This document shows positions 9,214 through 17,731 of a DNA stretch of 64,000 nucleotides, piece by piece (position 1 is the first letter of the stretch; each line of letters begins with the position of its first letter). Source of the stretch: an uncultured Actinomycetota bacterium (GTDB taxonomy: Bacteria; Actinomycetota; Actinomycetes; Propionibacteriales; Nocardioidaceae). A program made the position numbers and the translations under genes. Below the pieces are notes generated by a model, which saw only the letters and a program-made list of their open reading frames with translations, was not told the origin of the DNA and did no database searches. The DNA is taken from positions 24,330 through 88,329 of the forward strand of contig CAWHZH010000013.1 of NCBI GenBank assembly GCA_963833775.1. Reading direction: 5' to 3'.

Positions 9214-9282
9214 GGCGCTCGACGCGACTCGAGGTCGCATGCGACAAAACCCGTTGGGATCCTCGGCGGTTCTCCCGCGACA

Positions 9283-10029
9283 ATGGCCGACGTGGAGGAG
9301 GTCGAGGTCGTCGTCGCCCACCACGAGTGCGCGACCCTGCGCGTCGGCGACGTGTTCCTGAAGATCGACGCTGACCAGACGCGCACCGACGTCGAGGTCG
9401 ACGCGATGGCGATGGCACCGATCCCGACTGCGGAGATCCTGTGGCGCGAGCCGCCGGTGCTCGCGCTCGACGCTCTCCGAGGGACGGCCCTCGGCCGACT
9501 CGGCCAGCCGTCGACCGCGTCGGCGGGCGCGTGGGCGGCGGCGGGTGCCGCCGTACGGGAGCTGCACGACGCTCCGGTGCCGCCCTGGAAGGGACGCAGC
9601 CTCGAGGAGAAGGCATCGAGCCTCGACACCGAATGCGCGTGGCTGCTTGCGAACGACGTCCTTCCCGCCGGTCTGGTCACGCGCAACCGCGAGGTGGCCG
9701 AGGCAGCGCTGCGACCCTGGGCACCGGTGTTCATGCACGGCGACCTGCAGATCGCCCACGTGTTCGTCGACGGTGACGAGGTCACCGGCGTGCTCGACTG
9801 GTCCGAGGCGGGTCAAGGCGACGCCATGTACGACCTCGCCAGCCTGACGCTCGGGCACCCGGAGCACCTCGGCGACGTCATCAGCGGGTACGGCGCCGGC
9901 GTCGACCCCGACGTGATCCGCGCTTGGTGGTCGCTGCGAAGTCTGACCGCGATCCGCTGGCTCGTCGAGCACGGCTTCGACCCGGCCGCACCGGGCTGCG
10001 AGATCGACGTACTGAGGTCACAGCTGTGA
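9283..10029 (+). CDS. Aminoglycoside/antibiotic phosphotransferase (APH) family kinase
   Basis: Catalytic-loop motif 'FMHGDLQIAHVFV' and 'GVLDWSEAGQGDAMYDLA'. Length 248 aa. Confidence 0.75.
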   Translation: MADVEEVEVVVAHHECATLRVGDVFLKIDADQTRTDVEVDAMAMAPIPTAEILWREPPVLALDALRGTALGRLGQPSTASAGAWAAAGAAVRELHDAPVPPWKGRSLEEKASSLDTECAWLLANDVLPAGLVTRNREVAEAALRPWAPVFMHGDLQIAHVFVDGDEVTGVLDWSEAGQGDAMYDLASLTLGHPEHLGDVISGYGAGVDPDVIRAWWSLRSLTAIRWLVEHGFDPAAPGCEIDVLRSQL

Positions 10030-10193
10030 GGCTGCGGAGCGGTCAGAGGGCCGGCCTCCTCGCCAGATCGGCTGATCTGCTGGGACATCGCCTCTTGCCG
10101 AAGCCCGGACGAGCGCGCGATGATCGTTACTTCGCCCACGCTGCCTGCGGTTGGGCCTACAGGCAGAGTCACCCCCCACATCGAGGTCTCGGC

Positions 10194-13100
10194 ATGCCTG
10201 CATTCCCATGTCTTTCACGGATTCGTCGCTCCCGCAGCTTCTTCCCCGCAGTGGTGGTGGTGGGCCTCTTGCTGGGCCTGACCGCGATCGTGGCCCCACC
10301 GGCTTCGGCCGCGGTCGGGGCGCCCGTGCTCATCGACGACTTCGGCGGGCTGGCTCGCGGACGCACGGTGACCCAGCTACCCCTCCCCAACACCAGCACC
10401 ACGCCGCAGGCCACCTTCACCGAGTCCGGCGGACTGGGCACGCTCGTGGCCCACGGCAACGGAAACGGTCAGGGCGGCGTGCAGCTGGACTACGACTTCC
10501 CGGCCCTCGACCTCACCTCGGGGGTGTCGAACTCCCAGTTCTTCCTCGAGTTCAAGTCCATCCAGCGTCTCCCGCAGGTGATCGGCGAGAGCTCCATCCT
10601 GGTCTCGATCGCCGTCACCGACAGCACCGGCAAGACCGGGACGTTCCAGACCGGCCTGGGCAACACCACCAACTTCAACGTGGTGCTGAACTTCTTCTGC
10701 TCGGCAGGTCAGACGGCCTGCTTCAGCCCGCAGGTCAACTTCGCGTCGGTCACCCACGTCCGCGTGACCCTGCTCTACCCCCGCAACCAGGACGACCCCA
10801 CGCGCACATTGACGGCGGTCCTGGACACGATCCGCACCACGCCCCCGGGCGGGGTCGCTCCGCCGGCCCCGACGCCCCAGATCGTGCCGCCGACGGGCAA
10901 CCCTGTCTTCGGACTGTCCGGCAGCACGGTCAGCGTCCCGATCAACTTCCGGTCGACCGGGACGGCCGTGCCGGTGACGGTGTCACCGGTCACCCAGCAG
11001 GGGTTGCGGGCGCAGGACGTCCACGTCACCTCCACGGCGGCCGGGGCGACCAATGTCGCCGTCTCCGGGGGCCCCTCGGACTACGTCGCGACGCTCGGGC
11101 CGATCACGAGCAGCGGGCCGATCACCGTGTCCGTCCCGGCGGGCGTCGTGGTCGACGCCTGGGCACAGGGGAATCTCGCGGGGTCGGCCACCTTCAACTA
11201 CGTCGCCGGCTCGCCACCGACGGTCACTCCACCCAGTCGGTCCTTGACCGACGCCACCAAGGGTCAGGCCTACAGCCAGAACCTGACGACGTCGGGCACG
11301 CCGACGCCGACGTGGACGGTCACCGGTGGGAGTCTTCCGCCGGGCCTGAATCTCAGCAGTGGGGGTGTCCTGGCCGGCACCCCGACCACCGCGGGTGCGT
11401 TCACGTTCACCGCGACGGCCACGAACCCACTCGGCAGCGCTTCCCAGTCGGTGTCGGTACGGGTCCTCCAGGCCCCGTCCATCACCAGTCTCGACACTGC
11501 CACCTTCAACGTCGGCGAGGCCGGGACGTTCCTCGTCGCGACGACCGGGTTCCCGGGCCCGGCGATCTCGGTCGACTCCGGCACGCTGCCCGCCGGCCTG
11601 ACCCTCACCGACAACGGCAACGGCACCGCCACCCTCGCCGGAACGCCGACGGGACCCGCCGGGATCCGCACCGTGGGGCTCCTCGCCCAGAGTGTCGCCG
11701 GCACGGCCCTCCAGGACCTCACCATCCGGGTGCAGGACAAGCCGGTGTTCACCAGCCCGGCCACGGCGACGTACACCGTCGGTGTCTCCGGTTCCTTCAC
11801 GGTGAGCACCGCCGGACTCCCCGACGCGGTGATCACCTCCGGGCCCCTGCCCGCCGGCTTGTTCCTGACCGACAACGGGAACGGGACCGCCATCATCTCG
11901 GGTACGCCGACGGGGTCACTGGGGAGCACCAGCGTGGAGCTCAAGGCGTCGAACGTCCGCGGCTTCGCGACCCAGACGCTGACCGTCAACGTGACCGGGG
12001 CGCCCGTCGTCACCAGCGCCGACACGGCACCGTTCACGGTGGGCCAGGAGGCGTCCTTCGTCGTCAGCGCCGGAGGCTTCCCGGCGCCTGCCCTGACGCT
12101 CACCGGGCAGCTGCCGCCCGGGCTGACGTTCGTCGACCATGGCGACGGCACCGGCACCCTCTCGGGTACGGCGCAGGCACCGGGCGGCGTGCACTCCCTC
12201 ACCGTCACGGCGACCAACGCCGTGAACACCGGCACCCAGGAGCTGTCCGTCGTGGTGTCGGAGGCTCCCGCCATCACCAGCGCCGACCAAGCGGTCTTCC
12301 TCACCGACACCCCGGGCGCATTCACGGTGGCGACGTCCGGGTTCCCGGACCCGAGCATCACCAGCGGCCCACTGCCGGCCGGACTGACCCTCACCGACAA
12401 CGGCGACGGCACGGCGACGCTCGCGGGCACTCCGACGGGCACCCCGGACACCACCCCGACGACGGTCACGGCGACCAATGTCGTCGGCAGCGCCAGCCAG
12501 CAGCTCGACGTGGTGGTCCGCGCCACGCCGGTCATCACCAGTGCCACGAGCGCGTCGTTCGACGTGGGGGTGGCCGGCTCCTTCACGATCATCGCCACCG
12601 GCACCCCGGTGCCCACGATCGAGGCCACCGGGCCGGTGCCTGCGGGGCTGGTCCTCACCGACGAGGGGGACGGAACTGCGACCCTGGCCGGTACGCCGAC
12701 CAAGGCGGGCGTCACCACGGTGGGGGTGAAGGCCACGAACGCAGCCGGTACCGACCAGGAGCAGCTGAGAGTCGTGGTGAGCGCCGCCCCCGGAAGCCTG
12801 AGGTGCGGGGGGCTGACCCCGACCATCGTGGCCGACGCCAGTGAGGTGACGGTGCTGGGCACCTCCGGACCCGACGTGATCGTCGGGAGCGTCGGCACCG
12901 CCACCATCAGGGGCGGCGGTGGCAATGACACGATCTGCGCCCCGTCCGGTGCCGTGGCCCTGTACGGCGGCCGAGGCGCGGACACGCTTCGTGGAGGCGG
13001 TGGACCCAACCACCTGGTGGGTGGCGCCGGGAACGACGTCCTCACCGGCCGGGCGGGCGACGACAGCCTGGTCGGCGGCCGCGGGGACGACCGCCTCAAG

Positions 13101-13346
13101 GGCAACCAGGGAGCGGACCGCCTGGTCGGCGGTACCGGCGACGACACCCTCGTGGGTCGCGGCGGCCCGGATCATGTCGTCGGCGGTCTGGGTGACGACG
13201 TCACCAAGGGCGGCGGGGGCAACGACCGCGTGGACGGCGGTGCGGGGGACGACCGTGTCGTCGGCGGTTTCGGCAGGGACCACTGCAACGGTGGCGCCGG
13301 TCTGGACACCGCCTCCACCTGCGAGGTGCTCAGCGGCATCCCGTGA
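10194..13346 (+). CDS. Large secreted repeat protein (1050 aa): signal peptide, N-terminal beta-rich domains, 6 tandem Ig-like repeats, C-terminal RTX-type Ca-binding repeats
   Basis: Derived from ORF 9924-13346, with the start set at ATG 10194 (MPAFPCLSRIRRSRSFFPAVVVVGLLLGLTAIVAPPASA-AV). The repeats follow the pattern 'P.ITS...A.F.VG..GSF.V...G.P.P.I...G.LPAGL.LTDNGDGTA.L.GTPT', followed by GGxGxD nonapeptides. Confidence 0.8.
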   Translation: MPAFPCLSRIRRSRSFFPAVVVVGLLLGLTAIVAPPASAAVGAPVLIDDFGGLARGRTVTQLPLPNTSTTPQATFTESGGLGTLVAHGNGNGQGGVQLDYDFPALDLTSGVSNSQFFLEFKSIQRLPQVIGESSILVSIAVTDSTGKTGTFQTGLGNTTNFNVVLNFFCSAGQTACFSPQVNFASVTHVRVTLLYPRNQDDPTRTLTAVLDTIRTTPPGGVAPPAPTPQIVPPTGNPVFGLSGSTVSVPINFRSTGTAVPVTVSPVTQQGLRAQDVHVTSTAAGATNVAVSGGPSDYVATLGPITSSGPITVSVPAGVVVDAWAQGNLAGSATFNYVAGSPPTVTPPSRSLTDATKGQAYSQNLTTSGTPTPTWTVTGGSLPPGLNLSSGGVLAGTPTTAGAFTFTATATNPLGSASQSVSVRVLQAPSITSLDTATFNVGEAGTFLVATTGFPGPAISVDSGTLPAGLTLTDNGNGTATLAGTPTGPAGIRTVGLLAQSVAGTALQDLTIRVQDKPVFTSPATATYTVGVSGSFTVSTAGLPDAVITSGPLPAGLFLTDNGNGTAIISGTPTGSLGSTSVELKASNVRGFATQTLTVNVTGAPVVTSADTAPFTVGQEASFVVSAGGFPAPALTLTGQLPPGLTFVDHGDGTGTLSGTAQAPGGVHSLTVTATNAVNTGTQELSVVVSEAPAITSADQAVFLTDTPGAFTVATSGFPDPSITSGPLPAGLTLTDNGDGTATLAGTPTGTPDTTPTTVTATNVVGSASQQLDVVVRATPVITSATSASFDVGVAGSFTIIATGTPVPTIEATGPVPAGLVLTDEGDGTATLAGTPTKAGVTTVGVKATNAAGTDQEQLRVVVSAAPGSLRCGGLTPTIVADASEVTVLGTSGPDVIVGSVGTATIRGGGGNDTICAPSGAVALYGGRGADTLRGGGGPNHLVGGAGNDVLTGRAGDDSLVGGRGDDRLKGNQGADRLVGGTGDDTLVGRGGPDHVVGGLGDDVTKGGGGNDRVDGGAGDDRVVGGFGRDHCNGGAGLDTASTCEVLSGIP
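11214..12785 (+). repeat. Six in-frame tandem coding repeats of about 261-267 bp (Ig-like / He_PIG-like modules)
   Basis: Repeat units start at about 11214, 11472, 11739, 12000, 12264 and 12525. Each encodes about 87 aa and ends in '...L.V.V' before the next 'AP.ITS'. Confidence 0.75.
12912..13307 (+). repeat. RTX-type glycine/aspartate-rich nonapeptide repeat block (about 13 units)
   Basis: GGGGNDTIC...GGRGADTLRGGGGPNHLVGGAGNDVLTGRAGDDSLVGGRGDDRLKGNQGADRLVGGTGDDTLVGRGGPDHVVGGLGDDVTKGGGGNDRVDGGAGDDRVVGGFGRDHCNGGAGLD. Confidence 0.75.
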
Positions 13347-13777
13347 CCAGGCAACGTGAGCCGGTGCCCTTCGAGGTGTACGAGCCCGGCGTGTACCTCC
13401 ACGGCACGAAGGCAGACCTCGCGGTAGGCGAGCTACTGGTGGCCGGCCGCGAGTCGAACTTCGAGACCGGCCGCCTGATGAACCACGTCTACTTCACCGC
13501 GACCCTCGACGCCGCCGTCTGGGGCGCCGAGCTCGCTGCGGGCCGGGCCCGCGGACGCATCTACGTCGTCGAGCCGACGGGCGTGTTCGAGGACGATCCC
13601 AACGTCACCGACAAGAAGTTCCCCGGGAACCCGACGCAGTCCTTCCGCAGCCGCGAGCCGCTGCGCGTGGTGGGTGAGCTCGTCGACTGGGTCGGCCACT
13701 CGCAGGAGAAGCTCCAGGCCATGCGAGACGGACTCACTGCGCTGAGACAGCAGGGCGCGGCCCAGATCGAGGACTGA
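13343..13777 (+). CDS. arr: NAD(+)-rifampin ADP-ribosyltransferase (Arr family)
   Basis: Resemblance to Arr proteins runs the full 144-aa length: PFEVYEPGVYLHGTKADL, GRESNF, NHVYFTATLDAAVWGAELA, GRIYVVEPTGVFEDDPNVTDKKFPGNPTQSFRSREPLRVVGE, and the C-terminal 'IED'. GTG 13343 overlaps the upstream stop codon. An alternative in-frame start is GTG 13364. Confidence 0.85.
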   Translation: MTRQREPVPFEVYEPGVYLHGTKADLAVGELLVAGRESNFETGRLMNHVYFTATLDAAVWGAELAAGRARGRIYVVEPTGVFEDDPNVTDKKFPGNPTQSFRSREPLRVVGELVDWVGHSQEKLQAMRDGLTALRQQGAAQIED

Positions 13778-14960
13778 GCGGTCCCGACGTTCCAGCTGCC
13801 TGATCCGTGGGCCTTCCCAGGTCACCCAGCTCGAGTCCCGCCTCGGGAAGCGCCTCGACGTGCTCGATGATGCCCTCGAACCCGTTGGTCTGGCTCGCGA
13901 ACACGGCCAGGTTGTTCGGCGCGTACCCACCCTCCTGGAAGTGCCTGACCGCGGGGTACGCCACCCGCACGGAGAGGGCGCGGTCGTTGGTCAGCAGACG
14001 CAGCCCGTGGCTGAACTCGCTCTCCTCCTCGTGCCACGGGAGGTGCTCCTTGGCCTCGAGGAACTCGTTGTCGACCCGGTACATGAGGCTGAGGGGGTTG
14101 TGACAGATGGGGTCGGACCCGCAGGCGACGTAGGTGCCCAGGAGCTCCGCGTCGAAGACCAGGCCGACGGCGTGGGCCTCGCGTGCCATCCACAGCAGCG
14201 ACGTGTCCGACAGCCCGGTCTGGGCGTAGCCCCCTCCGATGTCGGAGTGCGCACCCTCGAACCACACCTGCTTGACCCGGGGGTCCTCGGTGGGTGCGCC
14301 CGCGGAGTCGCCGGGTGCCTCCCAGAAGGTGGGCGCGAACTTCAGCCTGGTCTCGTCGATCGCCAACGCCTGCCGGGCGCAGAGCACCTGGTCGCTCAGC
14401 TGGACGTTGTGGAACCTCGGGGTGTCTCGCTCGAAGCCGGGCACCCCAAGGGCGCCGACGGTGTCGAACACACCGAGGAAGGTCACCTTCGCCGCGTGGC
14501 AGTGGTCGTGCTTGAACTCGTCGACACTCTCTCCGAACGCGCCCTCCGGCATCTTCGTCCCCTGGTAGAGGTGGACGGCCTCCGGGAGTCTCTCCTCGAC
14601 CAGAGAGACCTTGGTGAGCAGTCCCACGGTCGCCAGCATCCCGGCCACGGAACGCGCGGTGTAGGCGCCCCGGCTGAAGCCGAGGATGAAGATCTCGTCG
14701 CCGGGTTCGTAGTTCTGGGCCAGGAACCGGTAGCAGGCGATCACGTTGTGGAACAGCCCGAATCCGAAGGCTCCACCCAGCAGCCGGTCGAACTCGTAGC
14801 TGCCGGCGCCGACCCCGCTGATGTAGTAGACGAGCTGGTAGGCGCCTCCCGTCTTCGACGGGTCGCTCTGCACCGTGCGGGCGATCTTCTCGACGTTCGT
14901 GACGTTCTCGCTGTCCGGCTTGTTCCAGGTCCCGTCGCAGCACACGACCAATCGCTTCAT
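13734..14960 (-). CDS. DUF2235 domain alpha/beta hydrolase (T6SS Tle1-phospholipase-like fold)
   Basis: Derived from ORF 13734-14984, with the start set at ATG 14960 (MKRLVVCCDGTWNKPD...). Hallmarks are 'CCDGTWN', 'YYISGVGAG', the GxSxG motif 'GFSRGAYTAR', and 'FLGVFDTVGALG'. Confidence 0.75.
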   Translation of the reverse strand: MKRLVVCCDGTWNKPDSENVTNVEKIARTVQSDPSKTGGAYQLVYYISGVGAGSYEFDRLLGGAFGFGLFHNVIACYRFLAQNYEPGDEIFILGFSRGAYTARSVAGMLATVGLLTKVSLVEERLPEAVHLYQGTKMPEGAFGESVDEFKHDHCHAAKVTFLGVFDTVGALGVPGFERDTPRFHNVQLSDQVLCARQALAIDETRLKFAPTFWEAPGDSAGAPTEDPRVKQVWFEGAHSDIGGGYAQTGLSDTSLLWMAREAHAVGLVFDAELLGTYVACGSDPICHNPLSLMYRVDNEFLEAKEHLPWHEEESEFSHGLRLLTNDRALSVRVAYPAVRHFQEGGYAPNNLAVFASQTNGFEGIIEHVEALPEAGLELGDLGRPTDQAAGTSGPLSPRSGPRPAVSAQ

Positions 14961-15026
14961 GTGGTCATCGTGGCACCGCGGCAAGAGCGCCGCATCGGTC
15001 CGGAGGACGATGCCGGGGAGGGCGGG

Positions 15027-15593
15027 TCAGGCGCGCGGGATGTCCTGGCCCGTCGGTCGGTACTCGAGGAGGAGAGTGTTCTGGTCGAGGACCGTCGTAC
15101 CGACCAGCTCGAGGTCGTGGGACCCGGCTTCCTCGAAGGCCGGCTCGCGACCGGCCGGCCCCGCGGTGAGCGGGAACACCATCAGCCGAAGACGGTCGAC
15201 CAAGCCTGCGGCGAGAAGCTGCCGTGCGACCGACAAGCTCCCCACGGTCCGCAGGGGAGTCTCCCCTTCGGCCTTCATACGGCGGACCTCCTCCACCAGG
15301 TCTCCGCTCGCGATGCGGGTGCGTGGCCAGTCGGCCCCCTCGAGCGTCGTGGAGAACACCACGGTCTCCAGGCGCGACATGTTCTCCCAGGACTCGTCGC
15401 GATGTTCTTCCGGCAGGGAGGAGAGCATCTGGTAGGTCCGACGGCCCATGATCGCCACCTGGGGAGCGGCGCCCTCGGACGTGATCCACTCCTGGAGGTC
15501 GGCGCCCAGGTAGCCGAAGTACCCCGGTAGACCGTCGGACCCAGCGAATCCGTCGACGGAGATGAACAGATCCAGGGTCAACGTGGTCGACAT
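15027..15593 (-). CDS. Dihydrofolate reductase family protein (RibD C-terminal domain type)
   Basis: 188 aa. Motifs 'LDLFISVDGFAG', 'IMGRRTYQML', 'VGSLSVARQLLAAGLVDRLRLMVFPL'. Confidence 0.75.
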   Translation of the reverse strand: MSTTLTLDLFISVDGFAGSDGLPGYFGYLGADLQEWITSEGAAPQVAIMGRRTYQMLSSLPEEHRDESWENMSRLETVVFSTTLEGADWPRTRIASGDLVEEVRRMKAEGETPLRTVGSLSVARQLLAAGLVDRLRLMVFPLTAGPAGREPAFEEAGSHDLELVGTTVLDQNTLLLEYRPTGQDIPRA

Positions 15594-15629
15594 GGTGATT
15601 CCCTTCGTGTCCCGAGGCGTCGAGTCTCG

Positions 15630-16382
15630 CTATCCAACCCGGGCCTGGTCGAGGTTCGACCGGTGGGGTCCGGAGAGCCAGTCCTGGTCCAGACGCGGAT
15701 CGACCGGCTCCACGCCGCGGCGCAGCGCGTCGACGTAGGCACGGTCGGCGGCGAGGCGGGCAGCCACCTCGGCGCCTTCGGCCACCGCGCCGTGTCCCGG
15801 AACCACGACATCAACGTGTCGAGTGGCCTCATCGAGCCGGCCGAGTGCCGTCTCGTAGGCGTCGACCTGCCCGGGGCGCCGAGGGTCGAGGAGCGGGATG
15901 AGGACGTCGGAGAGCATGTCGCCGGCGAGCAGGACGCCGCGGTCTGCGAGGAGGACCGCGGCGTGGCCGACGGCGTGCGCCTCATGCTCGACGATCTCCC
16001 CCGGGACGTCCGGGGTGTCTCCGGGCAGCGGGGTGACGAGTGCGATCAGGTCGAGAGGGATGCCCGAGGCGCTCTCCGCCGCCATCGTCTGCGCCCGCTC
16101 GCGTGCCTGACGGGCGGCATCAGCACCGGCGGCGGTGGCGTAGCGCGGCACGTCGCCGAATCGGTGGTGCCAGAGCAGGTGGTCCCAGTGGGGGTGGGTC
16201 GAGAACCCGGCGACCACCGGAACGCCGAGGCGGTCCACGTCATCGGCCAGCTGGTCCAGGTCGGCGCCGTCGATGCCGGGATCGACCAGGATCAGGCCAC
16301 CGTCCCCGCGCACGACGATGGCATTGCTCCAGACCCACTCGCTCTGTCGGACCCAGACGCCGTCGGCCACCTGATTCAGCAT
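15630..16382 (-). CDS. MBL-fold metallo-hydrolase
   Basis: HxHxDH motif 'STHPHWDHLLWH', 'ILVDPG', and a later 'VVPGHG' metal ligand. Length 250 aa. Confidence 0.8.
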   Translation of the reverse strand: MLNQVADGVWVRQSEWVWSNAIVVRGDGGLILVDPGIDGADLDQLADDVDRLGVPVVAGFSTHPHWDHLLWHHRFGDVPRYATAAGADAARQARERAQTMAAESASGIPLDLIALVTPLPGDTPDVPGEIVEHEAHAVGHAAVLLADRGVLLAGDMLSDVLIPLLDPRRPGQVDAYETALGRLDEATRHVDVVVPGHGAVAEGAEVAARLAADRAYVDALRRGVEPVDPRLDQDWLSGPHRSNLDQARVG

Positions 16383-16496
16383 GGGGTCACCCTGTCAGGT
16401 CGCGGGAGACGGATCGGTCGGGGTCACGATCCCGTCGGAACGTCATGCTGGCGATGATCTCGTCTTCGTCGCGCACCCGAAGAGGCCAAGCCGGTC

Positions 16497-16913
16497 GTGC
16501 GTCGTCTGTTGGAGCTGAACGCCTACGAGTTCTCGGCGATCGATGGACGGGACATCGGCCCCGACGGCGAGTACGGCTACCCCTACCTCGACCGCTACTG
16601 GAACGGAGCCGATGACCGCGCTGCGTTCCTCTTCCACGTGGACGGGCGGCTAGCGGGATTCGCCCTGGTCCGCCTCGGCAACCCGCATCAGGTGGCCGAG
16701 TTCCTAGTGCTGCCGACGTACCGACGCCGTGGCCTCGGGACGGAGGCCGCAAGAGAGGTCTTGTCACAGCTCCATGGAGAGTGGGTCACGCATCAGGTCC
16801 CCGGCAACGCGGGTGCGGCCGCGTTCTGGCGGCGCGCGATCCCCGTCCGATTCACCGAGACCTCGGACGCCACGGGCACGACGCAGCGTTTCGTGATCCC
16901 GGACAGGGATTGA
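16497..16913 (+). CDS. GNAT family N-acetyltransferase; the N-terminus is possibly truncated or frameshifted
   Basis: GTG start. 'AGFALVR...VAEFLVLPTYRRRGLGTEAA' is the acetyl-CoA binding R-x-x-G-x-G/A motif. At 138 aa it is shorter than usual (see finding at 16454). Confidence 0.65.
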   Translation: MRRLLELNAYEFSAIDGRDIGPDGEYGYPYLDRYWNGADDRAAFLFHVDGRLAGFALVRLGNPHQVAEFLVLPTYRRRGLGTEAAREVLSQLHGEWVTHQVPGNAGAAAFWRRAIPVRFTETSDATGTTQRFVIPDRD

Positions 16914-16935
16914 CCGTGTCGGCGGAACCGCGTGG

Positions 16936-17694
16936 ATGCTGACGGCAGCCCTGCCCGATGAGCGGCAGGATGTCCAAGTGCCTGTACCCGATCACCCGCA
17001 TCGCCCAGCACTGACCCGTGCGGACCTGCCCGCGGAGTTCACCCCCGAGACGTTGCGACACGTCGGCTTCCGCACGCTGCGCGAGCTCGCCCAGCCCGAC
17101 AACGGCGTCCTCGACCCCGAGGAGCAGCACCAGTTCGACGCGGCGCTGGCCGAGGTGATGCGAGGGACGCGCTCCGTGGTCAACGAGTCTCTCGAGCGAG
17201 CGCGTCGGGGTGGGCCCGGCAACCTCGATCCGGCCATGCGCCGTTCCTACCGGCGTACGCAGCAGCGGCTGGCCGACCAGGCAGGGCGCGTCCGGGAGAC
17301 CTTCCCCGAGCTCGGCATCGACCCGTCGTACGACCCGGCCGAGTCACCCGACCCGGACGCGGCGGCGACGACCGAAGCGGCGCAGGAGGACGACGTCTCC
17401 CCGGACGGTCTGGAGCAGGAGGTCGAGCAGACCTCGGACACCCTCGACATGCTCGAGCGGATCGCGTCGCTGCAGGAGCAACAGGTGGAGCAGCACGCGA
17501 ACCAGGTGCTCAGCGAGACCCGCGGCTTCTTCTTCGCGTTCCTGGTGTCGGTCGCCGTGATCGTCGCCGGGATCGCACCGCTGGTGGAGGCCGACAGGCA
17601 CGACCGGCTGCTGATCCTGCTCTGGACGGTCGCGGCCATCGTCGTGGCCGGCCTCGTCTACGTTCTCGTCCGGAGGCGACAGGGAAAGAAGTGA
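16936..17694 (+). CDS. Hypothetical membrane-anchored protein: acidic coiled-coil region plus two C-terminal TM helices
   Basis: Intact 252-aa ORF with good GC3. The C-terminus FFFAFLVSVAVIVAGIAPLV...LLILLWTVAAIVVAGLVYVLV-RRRQGKK forms two TM helices. No known domain recognised and the start is uncertain. Confidence 0.5.
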   Translation: MLTAALPDERQDVQVPVPDHPHRPALTRADLPAEFTPETLRHVGFRTLRELAQPDNGVLDPEEQHQFDAALAEVMRGTRSVVNESLERARRGGPGNLDPAMRRSYRRTQQRLADQAGRVRETFPELGIDPSYDPAESPDPDAAATTEAAQEDDVSPDGLEQEVEQTSDTLDMLERIASLQEQQVEQHANQVLSETRGFFFAFLVSVAVIVAGIAPLVEADRHDRLLILLWTVAAIVVAGLVYVLVRRRQGKK

Positions 17695-17731
17695 CGCCGG
17701 CCCGGGCCGTGTGAGCGGCAGGTGCGTGAGC

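Noticed and set aside
9221-9245. Overlapping short palindromes GCGAC-tcgag-GTCGC and GTCGCATGCGAC between the MFS stop and the APH start, considered as a possible terminator or attenuator.
   Set aside because: The stems are only 5-6 bp with no U-tract. This cannot be distinguished from chance in GC-rich DNA.
13190-13343. Searched for a rifamycin-associated-element-like palindrome or a promoter directly upstream of arr.
   Set aside because: The 150 nt upstream are in-frame RTX-repeat coding sequence with no inverted repeat of useful length. Nothing supportable was found.
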